This document shows positions 21,590 through 32,400 of a stretch of 34,435 nt of DNA, piece by piece (position 1 is the first letter of the stretch; each line of letters starts with the position of its first letter). This DNA is from an uncultured Clostridia bacterium (GTDB lineage Bacteria; Bacillota; Clostridia; Lachnospirales; Lachnospiraceae), in NCBI GenBank assembly GCA_946186175.1, contig CAMHMG010000001.1, positions 1 through 34,435 on the forward strand. Direction: 5' to 3'. The translations under genes and the position numbers were made by a program. The notes under the pieces are model-generated. The model did not search any database. It had not been told where the DNA came from and was given only the letters and a program-made list of their open reading frames with translations.

Positions 21590-23227
21590 TTAAGCTTTTT
21601 CTATACTGCAGCTGTGATGCTTATAGGCTGTATCAGTACTGCTCACGTCCTTCTCATAATTGATGCTTATAAGCAACAGATTATCTTTGTAATGCATAAG
21701 CTTCTGCGGATAATTCTTACTCCTTATCTGGTCTGCCGCAGTCTCTAATGACTTATCATACTTAAGTTCTATCAATAACGCCGGTTTATCGGGATGCTTT
21801 GGCGACGGCAGATATACAAGATCAACATAGCCCTTTCCTGAGTCTAACTCCTGTATTGTAGTATAATACTTCTGTCCCGCATAATATGCCATCTGCACGG
21901 CATAAGAAAGTGCCGCCTCGCTGTTGTAGGTCTTATTCTCCGCAGTGTCATGGAACCATTCAAGAAGCTCGGCAACCTTATCTTCCTTACCTTCCCATGT
22001 CGCCTCCAAAAGCTTCTGTGATTTCTTAAATGAAGTAAATGTATCTATCCATTCCTCTGATTCCGTTGATGTCTTGAATTCATCAAGAAGTTCATTGTTG
22101 GGAATGAACACTTCCTTTGTATCTGCATCATAGCCCAGATATCCGAGATGTATAAGCATTACAAGGACATCATTACTTCCGCCAAATGATGTCATATCAT
22201 TCTGATATTTGTTAATGTTGACCTTAAGTCTTCCGCCATCCATAAGGAGTGCCACCGAATCTTTAAGACCATCATAATTCATTCTGATATATTCAGCCAG
22301 TGTCTCATAGTTTTCCGTCTTGTTCCAGTAATTCTGTATTATTCCGGTTGACAGAGCTTCTACCACCGACAACGGGCTGTAAATGGATAACGACTTTCCT
22401 TCATATTCTCCCATTCTGTATTCATTACGCATCTCAACAGGTATATCAGTATTAACGATATATCCATTATACCAGCTTGCTATATCCTCATAGTGCATAT
22501 TGTATTCATTACATTTTTCCTTGACCTCTTCTTCGGTAAAACCGGTATACTGTGCAAACTGCATCGGGGTTATGATTGAAAACTCACGGAACATATTAAG
22601 AGCCGAATGCTGTCCGTACTTTTTAATCGGCAATATTCCCGTCATATAGGCTAGTGCAACATACTCCTGATCTTTAAGCCAGTCACGAAGAAAATCAAGA
22701 TACACCTTCTGCCCCTTCATATCTTCTTTACATACACGGAACACAACATCCCATTCATCTATAATAATGACGAACTGTCTTCCCGTCTCTTCATACACAT
22801 CTGACATTGAAAGTATAAGATTGTCCGTATCGTAATAATCCACATCAGGATACTGCTTTTTCAGATCACGCACAAGAAGCTCTGTCATTTTGCCAAGTGC
22901 AGCTTTAACATCTCCATCCTCCTTGATAAAGTCCGTCATCACTACCCTGACCACATCAAAATGGTTAATGTACTTATCCCAGTTCTCATGCCCTGCTATC
23001 AGCCTGTCAGCAAACAGTTCCCTGCTTTCCCCTTTGCCATAGTATGCCGCAAGCATATTGGCGGCTATAGTCTTTCCAAAACGCCGCGGACGGGAAACAC
23101 ATACATACTTCTGCTCGGTCTTAAGAATAGTATTAAGATATATTATCGATTCGGTCTTGTCCACATATATCTCTGAATTAAGTGTTTCTTCAAACTTCAC
23201 ATTTCCCGGATTAAGATATCTGCCCAT
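21590..23227 (-). CDS. AAA-ATPase_like (PF09820-type) + PD-(D/E)XK nuclease (PDDEXK_9-type) protein
   Basis: From the internal ATG at 23227 (RBS GGGGTG) the sequence reads MGRYLNPGNVKFEETLNSEIYVDKTESIIYL...YVCVSRPRRFGKTIAANMLAAYY. The C-terminus reads SGKGYVDLVYLP...ALLIELKYDKS...QIRSKNY. The track's 47-codon N-terminal extension to 23368 has no RBS and overlaps a terminator. Confidence 0.85.
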   Translation of the reverse strand: MGRYLNPGNVKFEETLNSEIYVDKTESIIYLNTILKTEQKYVCVSRPRRFGKTIAANMLAAYYGKGESRELFADRLIAGHENWDKYINHFDVVRVVMTDFIKEDGDVKAALGKMTELLVRDLKKQYPDVDYYDTDNLILSMSDVYEETGRQFVIIIDEWDVVFRVCKEDMKGQKVYLDFLRDWLKDQEYVALAYMTGILPIKKYGQHSALNMFREFSIITPMQFAQYTGFTEEEVKEKCNEYNMHYEDIASWYNGYIVNTDIPVEMRNEYRMGEYEGKSLSIYSPLSVVEALSTGIIQNYWNKTENYETLAEYIRMNYDGLKDSVALLMDGGRLKVNINKYQNDMTSFGGSNDVLVMLIHLGYLGYDADTKEVFIPNNELLDEFKTSTESEEWIDTFTSFKKSQKLLEATWEGKEDKVAELLEWFHDTAENKTYNSEAALSYAVQMAYYAGQKYYTTIQELDSGKGYVDLVYLPSPKHPDKPALLIELKYDKSLETAADQIRSKNYPQKLMHYKDNLLLISINYEKDVSSTDTAYKHHSCSIEKA

Positions 23228-23344
23228 ATGCTCACCCCTTCGTATTATCTGTTCATTTATCCGTAGTATAGCATATATAAGCACTTTTATCCACTGAAAA
23301 AAAGATTCCCCGTATTTCACAAATATTATTTCAATTCTGTTAAA

Positions 23345-23412
23345 AATGAAAAAACAATTCTCCGGCACCCTGCAAACGTTAATACAAACATTTTAGCAAG
23401 ATACCGGAGAAT
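23345..23412 (-). terminator. Putative terminator of the giant gene (9-bp stem ATTCTCCGG/CCGGAGAAT, large loop, U-tract)
   Basis: The minus strand reads ATTCTCCGG-(38-nt loop)-CCGGAGAAT followed by TGTTTTTTCATTTTT. Confidence 0.45.
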
Positions 23413-23459
23413 CTTTTATGAGGATATCATAACAAACATATAATTACTTTTAATTGTTT

Positions 23460-26400
23460 TTAATTACCTTTGATATCTTTAACATTTCCCTGTACAGGTT
23501 TAACACTGATAAGCTGTGCGTTATTACCTCCCGTACCATCAGAATTTGTTGTATTAGAGAAATCTTCAGTTGCTTTGCCTTCAAACACAAGCACGTTTGT
23601 TCCGACACCGCCCTTATATGTTACATTCTCAACATGCAAATAAGTCTTGATCTTATCAAGGCTTACATCGATTGTAGGATCACCGCTTCCGGAGGTTCCC
23701 GTTGCGCTGTTGATAAGCTCATCATAGATTACTGCAAATCTTACGGTATCCCCCTTCTTGTAATCGGAGGTAGCCATCGGCGCAATACCGACCTGTTCCG
23801 GTGCACGGGTGTCATTTACATTGATTGCAAATCTATTCTTATCGATAGTTAATCTATAATACAAAGCACCAGTGTTGTGTGCTTTTCCGGCATAACTAAC
23901 TGTATCATTATTGAGCAGCAGATCCCATTCCACTTCCTGTTCCGAATTATAATAAGCAAATTCCATTTCACCTGTGTTTTTATTCTTTCTTTTGCCAATA
24001 TGTACATTGCCCGAATTATTCTTGTAACTATCATAGTTAAAAACAGTATCTCCAAGTTTATATTCCAATTTATCCATACGCGCAGTATCTTCTTCCTTTA
24101 CAAGCTTACCCAAAATACTTTCAGCCTTTTTAGCCTTAATACTCACTTTGAATTTTGGCTTTGAACCATTTGCGGTCTTAAGATAATATAATATATCCTT
24201 ATCAATAATGCCACTAATACTGAAAGTACCTGTTGTTTCTGTATCATCAATAGTCACATCAGCTTCATAACCTTTTACCCTTTCACCATATATGGCATCT
24301 TCTGTAAGTATCTTAGCACTTGGCATAGTCATGGTACGGTCTACGGTACTTGTTGTGATAGTTCCCGTCACACCTTTGCTGTCTGTGGCATTCTCAATCT
24401 TATAAAGTTCTGCCGTATAGTAACGTGTGGACGTTCCTGTCAGATTATAAAGGTGGGCATAGTCGCCTAAGCCGTCTGCGGTACCTGACTCACTTCCCAT
24501 ATATCTGGTTGACACATTCTCATTCTTAACTTTGAAAGTCGCAGACCAGTTACCGTTAGTATCTGTCTTGTCGCCCGCCTGTTGCTGATTATTCTCCATA
24601 GAGTAACATTCCGTCTTAGAGAATAACGCATAAGTATTCTGTCCGCCCACATGCTTGAAGTTAATAGGGGAAGCCGTTCCTCCTATAGCTGTACCGTTGA
24701 TAGTCCTGTAGTATATCCTCTGCTGTGCATCCGCTACGGCTACTCCTGTAGGCATGGTTCTTGTGATCTTGAAGGTGGTATAATTGTTATCCGTCTTGCC
24801 TGAACTGTCAGCCACCGGTGATGCAGATGTCGAGCTTACAAGCGATATGCTGAAGCTTCCGGGACTAGTCCATTTCGCCTTTAATGTCTTATTGCCCGTT
24901 TCACCCTTAAGCTTAAGACTTGTGACCTTATTATCCTTCTCGTCATACCATCCCTCGAACTGACATCCTGCCTTGATCCCTGTCGGACTGCTAAGTCCCT
25001 TGTCAGGACTGTTGATAGTATACTTCGTAGGATTATTGCTGCTGTTCGCTGTAGCTCCTGCATCCCATGAAATATAGCTTATCGTGTATTCTATAGGTTT
25101 CCATACCGCATAGAGGTTCACTATGCCGTCCTCAAGACTGTCAAGAGAGTCAGCGTAGTCTATAGTTGCTCCGTCAGCAAACTTCTTTTCCGTTGCATTC
25201 TGGGTAAGAGCCCATCCTTCAAATGTATATCCGTTTCTCGAAAGTCCGAGCGCCGTCGCTGTCTTGATGGCCTTGCTTTCTCCAAATACCATTTCCTCAC
25301 TGTACGGTTCAGCGGAATGCGAGGCAGTACCCTCATTGAAGTAGAAATTAGCCTTGTAATGCTTAGCCGTCCATTTTCCATAGACGGTTATGTTGTGGGC
25401 CACAGGCTCTATCTTCTCAATAAAGCTGTCCTCATCAAATGTGTCAGATGTATACCAGCCATCAAAGTCATATCCGTCTCTGTCCTTAGTCGGAGGCACG
25501 AGTATTATCGAATTATCACCTATTTGCCATGTTACCTCAGCAACCTCTTCATCCTGTTTGTTGCCGACAGTAAGACTATATGTTACCTTTTCCCATTGCG
25601 ACTGAAGAACAAGATTGTTACCCGGCATTGTTTCCGGAAGATTCTCTGTCACCTCATTATTACCCATGTTCTTCCAGCCCGTGATCGCATAACCGGTATA
25701 TACCGGCAATGTAATATCAGTTATATTGTCACCTGCCTTGTATTCTCTGTCAAAATACAGTCCGCTGTATCCGTAGAGCTGGAGTCTGTATGTATTCTCC
25801 TTCCAGTTTGCAGTGAGAGTGATCTCTTCTTTGCTGTCAGCGCTTATCACATATGGAGTAACAGGATCATTGTCGCTGCCGTCAGTCCATCCAATGAAGG
25901 TATAACCCTCTTTGACAGGCGCATAGATATATATTTCATCTGTACCGCCTATTCTGTATTTATCCGGATTAGAACCGTTGTCTGCTCCTTCTAAGCCCTC
26001 ATAGCTTATGAGCATCTCATCGAATTTCCAGCGTGCATAAAGTATATGGTCTTTTCCCTGACTTACAACTGTATCAGCCTCTACCTTATTGCCTTCCTCT
26101 GCCTTATCATACCAGCCGGTAAATTCAGCCGAAAGACCATTTACTTGAGGTACCGGAAGCTGCCCATACTCTTCGCCGTATGTCACGGTCTTCTCTAACT
26201 CATCATCATCGACCACTCCGACACCTGCATCAAATGTTACCTTGCATGTTACAGGTGACCACACTGCCGTAAATGATAAGTCTTCACAGCCCATAACAGC
26301 AGGGACTTCCTTATCCCAGACAACTGTATGATTGTCCTTAACAGGTACCGGCGCTACGATAGCCGCTCCATAATAGGTCGTGCCCTCGGTATAGCTGCCT

Positions 26401-29400
26401 GATGCCTTGCCTTCTGCAAGATCCCATGTTACATCGTATTTCTTTCTCTTATACTTAAGCCTTACTTCTTTTGCGCTTGCTCCTTCTAGTATGACAGTCT
26501 CAGCCTCAGGCTGTTCAAAGCCTTCATATTCCTTAACTTGTGCTGTCACCTCTTCTCCGTCATCACCGACTACTGTCTCACTGTCTGCAAGTATCGTATA
26601 CTTACCGTCCATATCCATCTGATAATGGTTAAATGTTACAGAGCCCTGTTCCGTACATATCCATGTGGCTTTCATTACGATATCATGATCAGGAACGGTA
26701 GTTGCCGCCTTATCATCAACAAGCCAGCCTGCAAAAACATAATTTTCCATCTGCGGTGTGGCAAAGGCTTCCGTAAGGTTTTCACCATAAGCCAGCTCCT
26801 TGCTCATCTCATCTTCAATGGAGCCTCCGTCAAGGTCAATGCTCACCGTATGATGATTTCTTGTATATACATAGTCTACCGTGGTAGAACCGTCTCCTGC
26901 TACAGTGACCGTCTGTGCCTCCGGTGAAGTGAATCCTTCAAAGGTTGTGACCTCAGGTGTCACTTTATCACCTGTTGTTCCGGCAAGTGTCTCCTGTGAT
27001 ACAAGTGTTTTACCATTACCGTCTACATTTTCTTTGTAATGGTTGACAACATATGAGATATCTGTCCTTGCTGTCCACTTTGCCTTAAGCTCCATATCCT
27101 TTCTTAAGTCTCCCGGAATGACAGTTATCTTCTGACTTCCGTCATACCAGCCGTCAAAGGTGTATCCTGTCTTTGTCGGACTTACAAGAACCCTGTTCTC
27201 GGAAAACTCATTGTAGTTTGAAGGATTAGCTCCCTCATCTATTGTTCCGCCATCCGCATCGTAAGTAACACTATAGCCCTTAAGTTCCCACATAGCCTTA
27301 AGCGTAACTACCTCATCAATGACCGTCGTTATTGTTTCGACTGTCTCATCTGCCTGATAAACCTTGCCATTTAACGTATTCTTCCAGCCGGCGAATATGT
27401 AACCGTTCTTTTCAGGCGCACTGTTAAGCTTCGTCTGACTTCCGATTACCATCGTCTGTGTATCCGGCTCTGTCATGACACCGCCGTCCGCATCGTATTT
27501 CAACGTGCACGAACCTGCAGTCCAGCCCATAGATGTATAAGTAACATCACCTGTAACGGTAATTACTGAAAGCCCCGTATCGGCATCCGTTTCTACCTGT
27601 TTACCGCTCTCATCCTTGTAGCCTATAAATGTATATCCCGGCTTCTCAGGTACCGGAAGTGCCATCTTTGCACCATAGAATATACTGTAGTCAGTATAGA
27701 GACTGCTGTCATCACCATCTCCCGAACTCTTAAGGGAAACGGTACAGGCCTTGCGCTTATATCTTATCTTTATTACAAGAGAACCGTCGCCCTTGATCTT
27801 GGCAGGATTATCCGTACTTACAGGCTGTCCGTCTACCGTAGCATAATCGTAAGATAATACTTCTTCATCTCCTGCTTTCTCTGTGAACAGTTCATCAGCC
27901 TTTCCTTTAACTTTCTCCTCCGTGATAGCTCCGGTAAAAGGATTAGTCTCAGCAATTGTTGTCTCTACAACTGCATTTCTTACAGTGTCAATATCAACCT
28001 CTGCTCCTGACTTGCCCTGTCCATATCCTACAGCCTGAACCGTATATGCGCCGCTTGGCTGCTGTACATAATACTCGACTCTGTAGCCTATATCCGTTCT
28101 CTCTGTCCACTGAGCCTCATATACCTGGGCCTTACAGTCATCAGCGGTGATCGTTCTTATAACACCGACCTTCTTATTTCCTGCTGCATCTGTTGTTCCC
28201 TTTGAAAGTTCTTCAGCTGTGATCATCTGTCCGCTCTCAACGTTCTTCCAGCCGACAAACTCATAACCTGCTGCAGCGATCTCAGGACTGTGCACATCAC
28301 TGCCAACCTTAGTCACAAGTTTGACATCAGCCATTCTTCCGTGTTCACCGGTCTTGAATGTATCAGTACCTCTTATCAGATCATAGTAGTAACGTATAAC
28401 TGCCGAACCGTCTGCAAGGATCTCAACAGATTCCTTAGAAGGAGTAACGTAGTTCTTATATTCCTTCGGCTCGGGTGAAACAGTCTCTCCCGTAGTACCC
28501 TTATAAGTCTTCTTTCCGTCACATACATAACTGCCGGCGTTATCATTATCCTCAAGATAATAATATACCGTATATCTTGTATCGGTTGCAGGGTTCCAAT
28601 GTGCGTATATACTTACATTCTCCGCAGGCATTGTAGCCGGATATGTATATTTCTCTCCATCCTTTGTGTACCAGCCGTCAAATACATAACCTATCTTTGT
28701 CGGATCCTTTGGTTTCTTAACTTCTGCGCCATATTTACCTACAGATGCTGCCACATATGAACCGCCCTCGGAAAATGGCGTTATTGCATAACCGTCAAGG
28801 TAATTATCCCATGTAACTTTGAACTTCCTTATCATCTTTGCATAGGATAACGGAATATTACCGTTAACATACTTCAAGGTAACATCACATGATGTTTCCA
28901 TTCCCACAAAACCGTCTTTTAAGTACACCGCATGACTTTCCTCGTCATAAGCAAATGCAGGATTAGACAGCTCGACCTTATAACATTTGTTATCATATAC
29001 GACCGGTTTGATATCACCTGCGTCAAGAGCCAGCGTGTTGACCATGTAATACTCATCAGGAAGCGTAAACCTTGTCACATACTGATGCATCTCGATATCT
29101 TCGTATTTTTCCTGCCTAAGCTCAAAGTTAAACGGCACCTCATTCTTGCCGAACTTCTTGATCGGCCACTTATTCTCGTATAGCGTGGTGCCCCATTCCG
29201 CTATCTTGCCTTTGATCTTTTTGTAGTTTTTACCTACAGACGCGCCAAGACCTACTTCTAAGTAGATACCAAGTTCTACATACAAAGCGCCTGCCGAATT
29301 GGTCGTCTTGACACCCTTTAACACATGAATGTGGTAATAGAAGAAACCTCTGATCTCAACATAAGCGCCCACTCCAATAGTTAAGCTTGCTTTTCCCAAG

Positions 29401-32400
29401 ACTCCTTCTAAGAGTTCAAGATACAGCTCGACCTCAAAGCCTGCCCTTATCTCCAGAAATCCCATCACATAGAACTTAAAGTCCAGTTCAGGCGGGATTA
29501 TCTCTACCGTCTCACAGTCACATTTTCCCTTAAGCACATGTATCTTATATACAGTCTTCTTGCACTGCTTGTTGTAAAACTCTATACCAAGAGAGACAAC
29601 TGCATCCACAGTCACTACAAGCCTTAACTCGACTCCAAGCGTAACTACTCCGGGAACAGCATCATACTTAGCCTCAAAGAGTTTCTGTTCTACAAGTGAA
29701 ATGGCGTCATGCTCAGTCTCTAACATCTGGGAATATCTTAGCGAAAGCCAGTTCGCTATATCTTCCGATTCCTCGTCATCCTCTTCTCCATCCTCTTCCA
29801 TAAGAGACTTTAACTCATCCGAAATATCAGTATACATCTCGGTAGCATCACCAAGCATTGACCCCATACCATCATTCTTGCCTGCTGTAGCTATGGTCGC
29901 ATTGATCTTGATCCCTGTGTAAGTTCCTGTTGTGAAGCTTGGTTTGAATACGATATCTGACGGATATGGTATAAATCCGATAGTCTTCCACTCTACAGAA
30001 GCGCCAAATCCCATATCAAGCTTAACTTCCTGAGTAAATGTTGCGGAAACTCTTATTTTAAGGTTGTTCTCCTTTTCTGCATCTTCAAGTTTCTCAGAGT
30101 TATCCTTTGAATCCGAGCTGTCGCCGGAATTTGATGAACTGCTGCCGGAACTTCCCGAACTGCTGCCGGAGCTTGATGAACTACCGCCGGAACTTGATGA
30201 ACTGCTGCCGGAACTTCCCGAATCACTGCCGGAGCTTGATGAACTACCACCGGAACTTGATGAACTGCTGCCGGAACTTCCCGAATCACTGCCGGAGCTG
30301 CTGTCATCTCCGCCTTCCTCTCCGCCTTCTGCTCCGTCATCGTCGCTGCCGACACTAAGCGGAGGGAATTTTACAAGTATATTGAATACAACATTAATAT
30401 TTGCGCCGAGTCCACCCGGAAGATTCTTTGCTTTAGTAAGATCGACACTCATATCCTCTAATCTGATACGGACATTGCCCTCTTCTTCGTCATCAAGGCC
30501 AAACTGCTTATATGTCTCCATAATGTCTTCATATTTCCGGCTATATTTGTTGTATTTACTGTAAAAATCAGATGCCTTGCCGGCAGCATTTTTTACATTG
30601 CTTAAGTTATCCGACAATACCGTGAATTTGTAATTATCAATGTTCTCAACGCCTTCAAGACTTTTGAAGGAATCTGTTGCAAGCGCTGCTTTTGCAAGAT
30701 ATTCTCCTGCCTCTTCAACAAATCCGCTGGTTCTCGCATCTTCCTCTATATCATCTACTATCTGCTCTTTCTCAGCATCCGAAAGCTGGTCATATATATC
30801 TATAGATCTTGAATAGTTGGTCTCTGCCGAGTCGGCGATCGTACTTAATGTTGCAGTCTTTGTCGTGATCACTACATAAGGCTGTTCCTCACCTAAATAA
30901 TCCGTATAGGTGCCTCCATCCTTAATATCTATGACTTCTGCAAAGCTGCCTGCCTGCTTCATATTGTCAGTTCCGTAAGTACCGCTGTATAATGCTATGA
31001 AGTCTCCTTCATCAAGCTTCGTCTGTGAATCAAGCTTTGCTTGTGCATATATATCATCCGACCAGTCAAGATATGATGTTGGGATCTCTAACGTATTATC
31101 CTTATCATCATTTTTCAAGTCAGCATCTGCAGGAATCGGCAGTACCTCAGGCGTCTTGATAATATCTTCTATAGCCGCATTGCCGTAATAGTATTTGTCG
31201 CCTTCTATACGTGTTATGGACAGATAAGCTATATGGTTATTATCATTATTGTCAAATGATTCAGGATCTTTTAACGCTTTTGCAGGGTCCATGCCGCTGT
31301 AAAGCGCTATAGAGCTTCCGACTTTGATATCTTCCGCGCCCTTTCCGCTGTACCTGAAGTATCCGGAGTATTCCATATTCTCGGTCTTATTGCCTGCTGC
31401 ATCCAATGTATAGAAGCTTCCGTCAATATAGCTTAACTTGGCTCCGTTTTCGTCATACAGACCGTCTAACTTATCAACGGAAACTGTAAGAACATCATTA
31501 GCAAGTGCCATATTGTTCTGTTCTTTCTGAACTATTCCTATATCAAATTCACGCACTGAATCAGGGTAGTCTGCAAAAGTAAGCTCTGCCGTCTCACCTT
31601 CAGCCACCTCCGGCAGATATAATTTGTAATCTGCCCCTGCCTCAAATCCGTCAACAGTTTGTCCGATCAATATGTGCTTACCTGTTACGGTATATACACC
31701 ATCCGAACCTTCCACACTGATATTGTTCTGCTTTAACTGATAACTGTCGCCTTCTGAGTGTGATATATTCGTAACTTTAATCTTATCATATACGTCCTGC
31801 GAAGTAAGAGCTGTATTTCTTGAGTTGACAACGATCTTAAAATCCGAACCGACATCACTTGCAGCAGTGATCTTTAACGCATCATCAACGGTTGTGTGTT
31901 CTACTTCCTCAGTCTTAACATAAAGAATAAGTATTGAATTGATCTCATCATCATCTGCTGCCGGTTTGGTACATTCCTCATCATAGAAATAACCGACAAA
32001 TGTTATTTTGTCCTCATTATATACAGGTACAGGCAGTTCCCCGATCTTCGTTCCTGCTTTGACCTCAATAGGGTCTATCGCATCGCCGGCACCTATGGTA
32101 ACAAAATTGACATAGTATTTCTTTACTTCAGATTGCTCTTTATCCTCGGATGTTTCTTCTCCCGGCTTATTCTCCTTGTCTGGATCATCTGCCTTATTAT
32201 CCTTATCATCAGCTTTTTCTTCCGGCTTTGAATCATTATCCTTAGAGGAATTATCATCCTTAGAAGTATCGGCATCTTTATTATCGTCAGTCTTTTTATC
32301 ATCGTCAGTATCACTTTTTTTGTCTGTATCTTTACCGTCCGAATCTTTATTGTCACCCGCATTCCGGATATCATTAGCTTTATCCGTAACATTAATGACA

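Noticed and set aside
23228-23368. 47-codon N-terminal extension of the AAA-ATPase_like gene given in the track
   Set aside because: The family's conserved N-terminus (MGRYLNPGN..F..L....YVDKT) begins at the internal ATG at 23227, which has a GGGGTG RBS. The extension is hydrophobic nonsense and overlaps the terminator of the giant gene.
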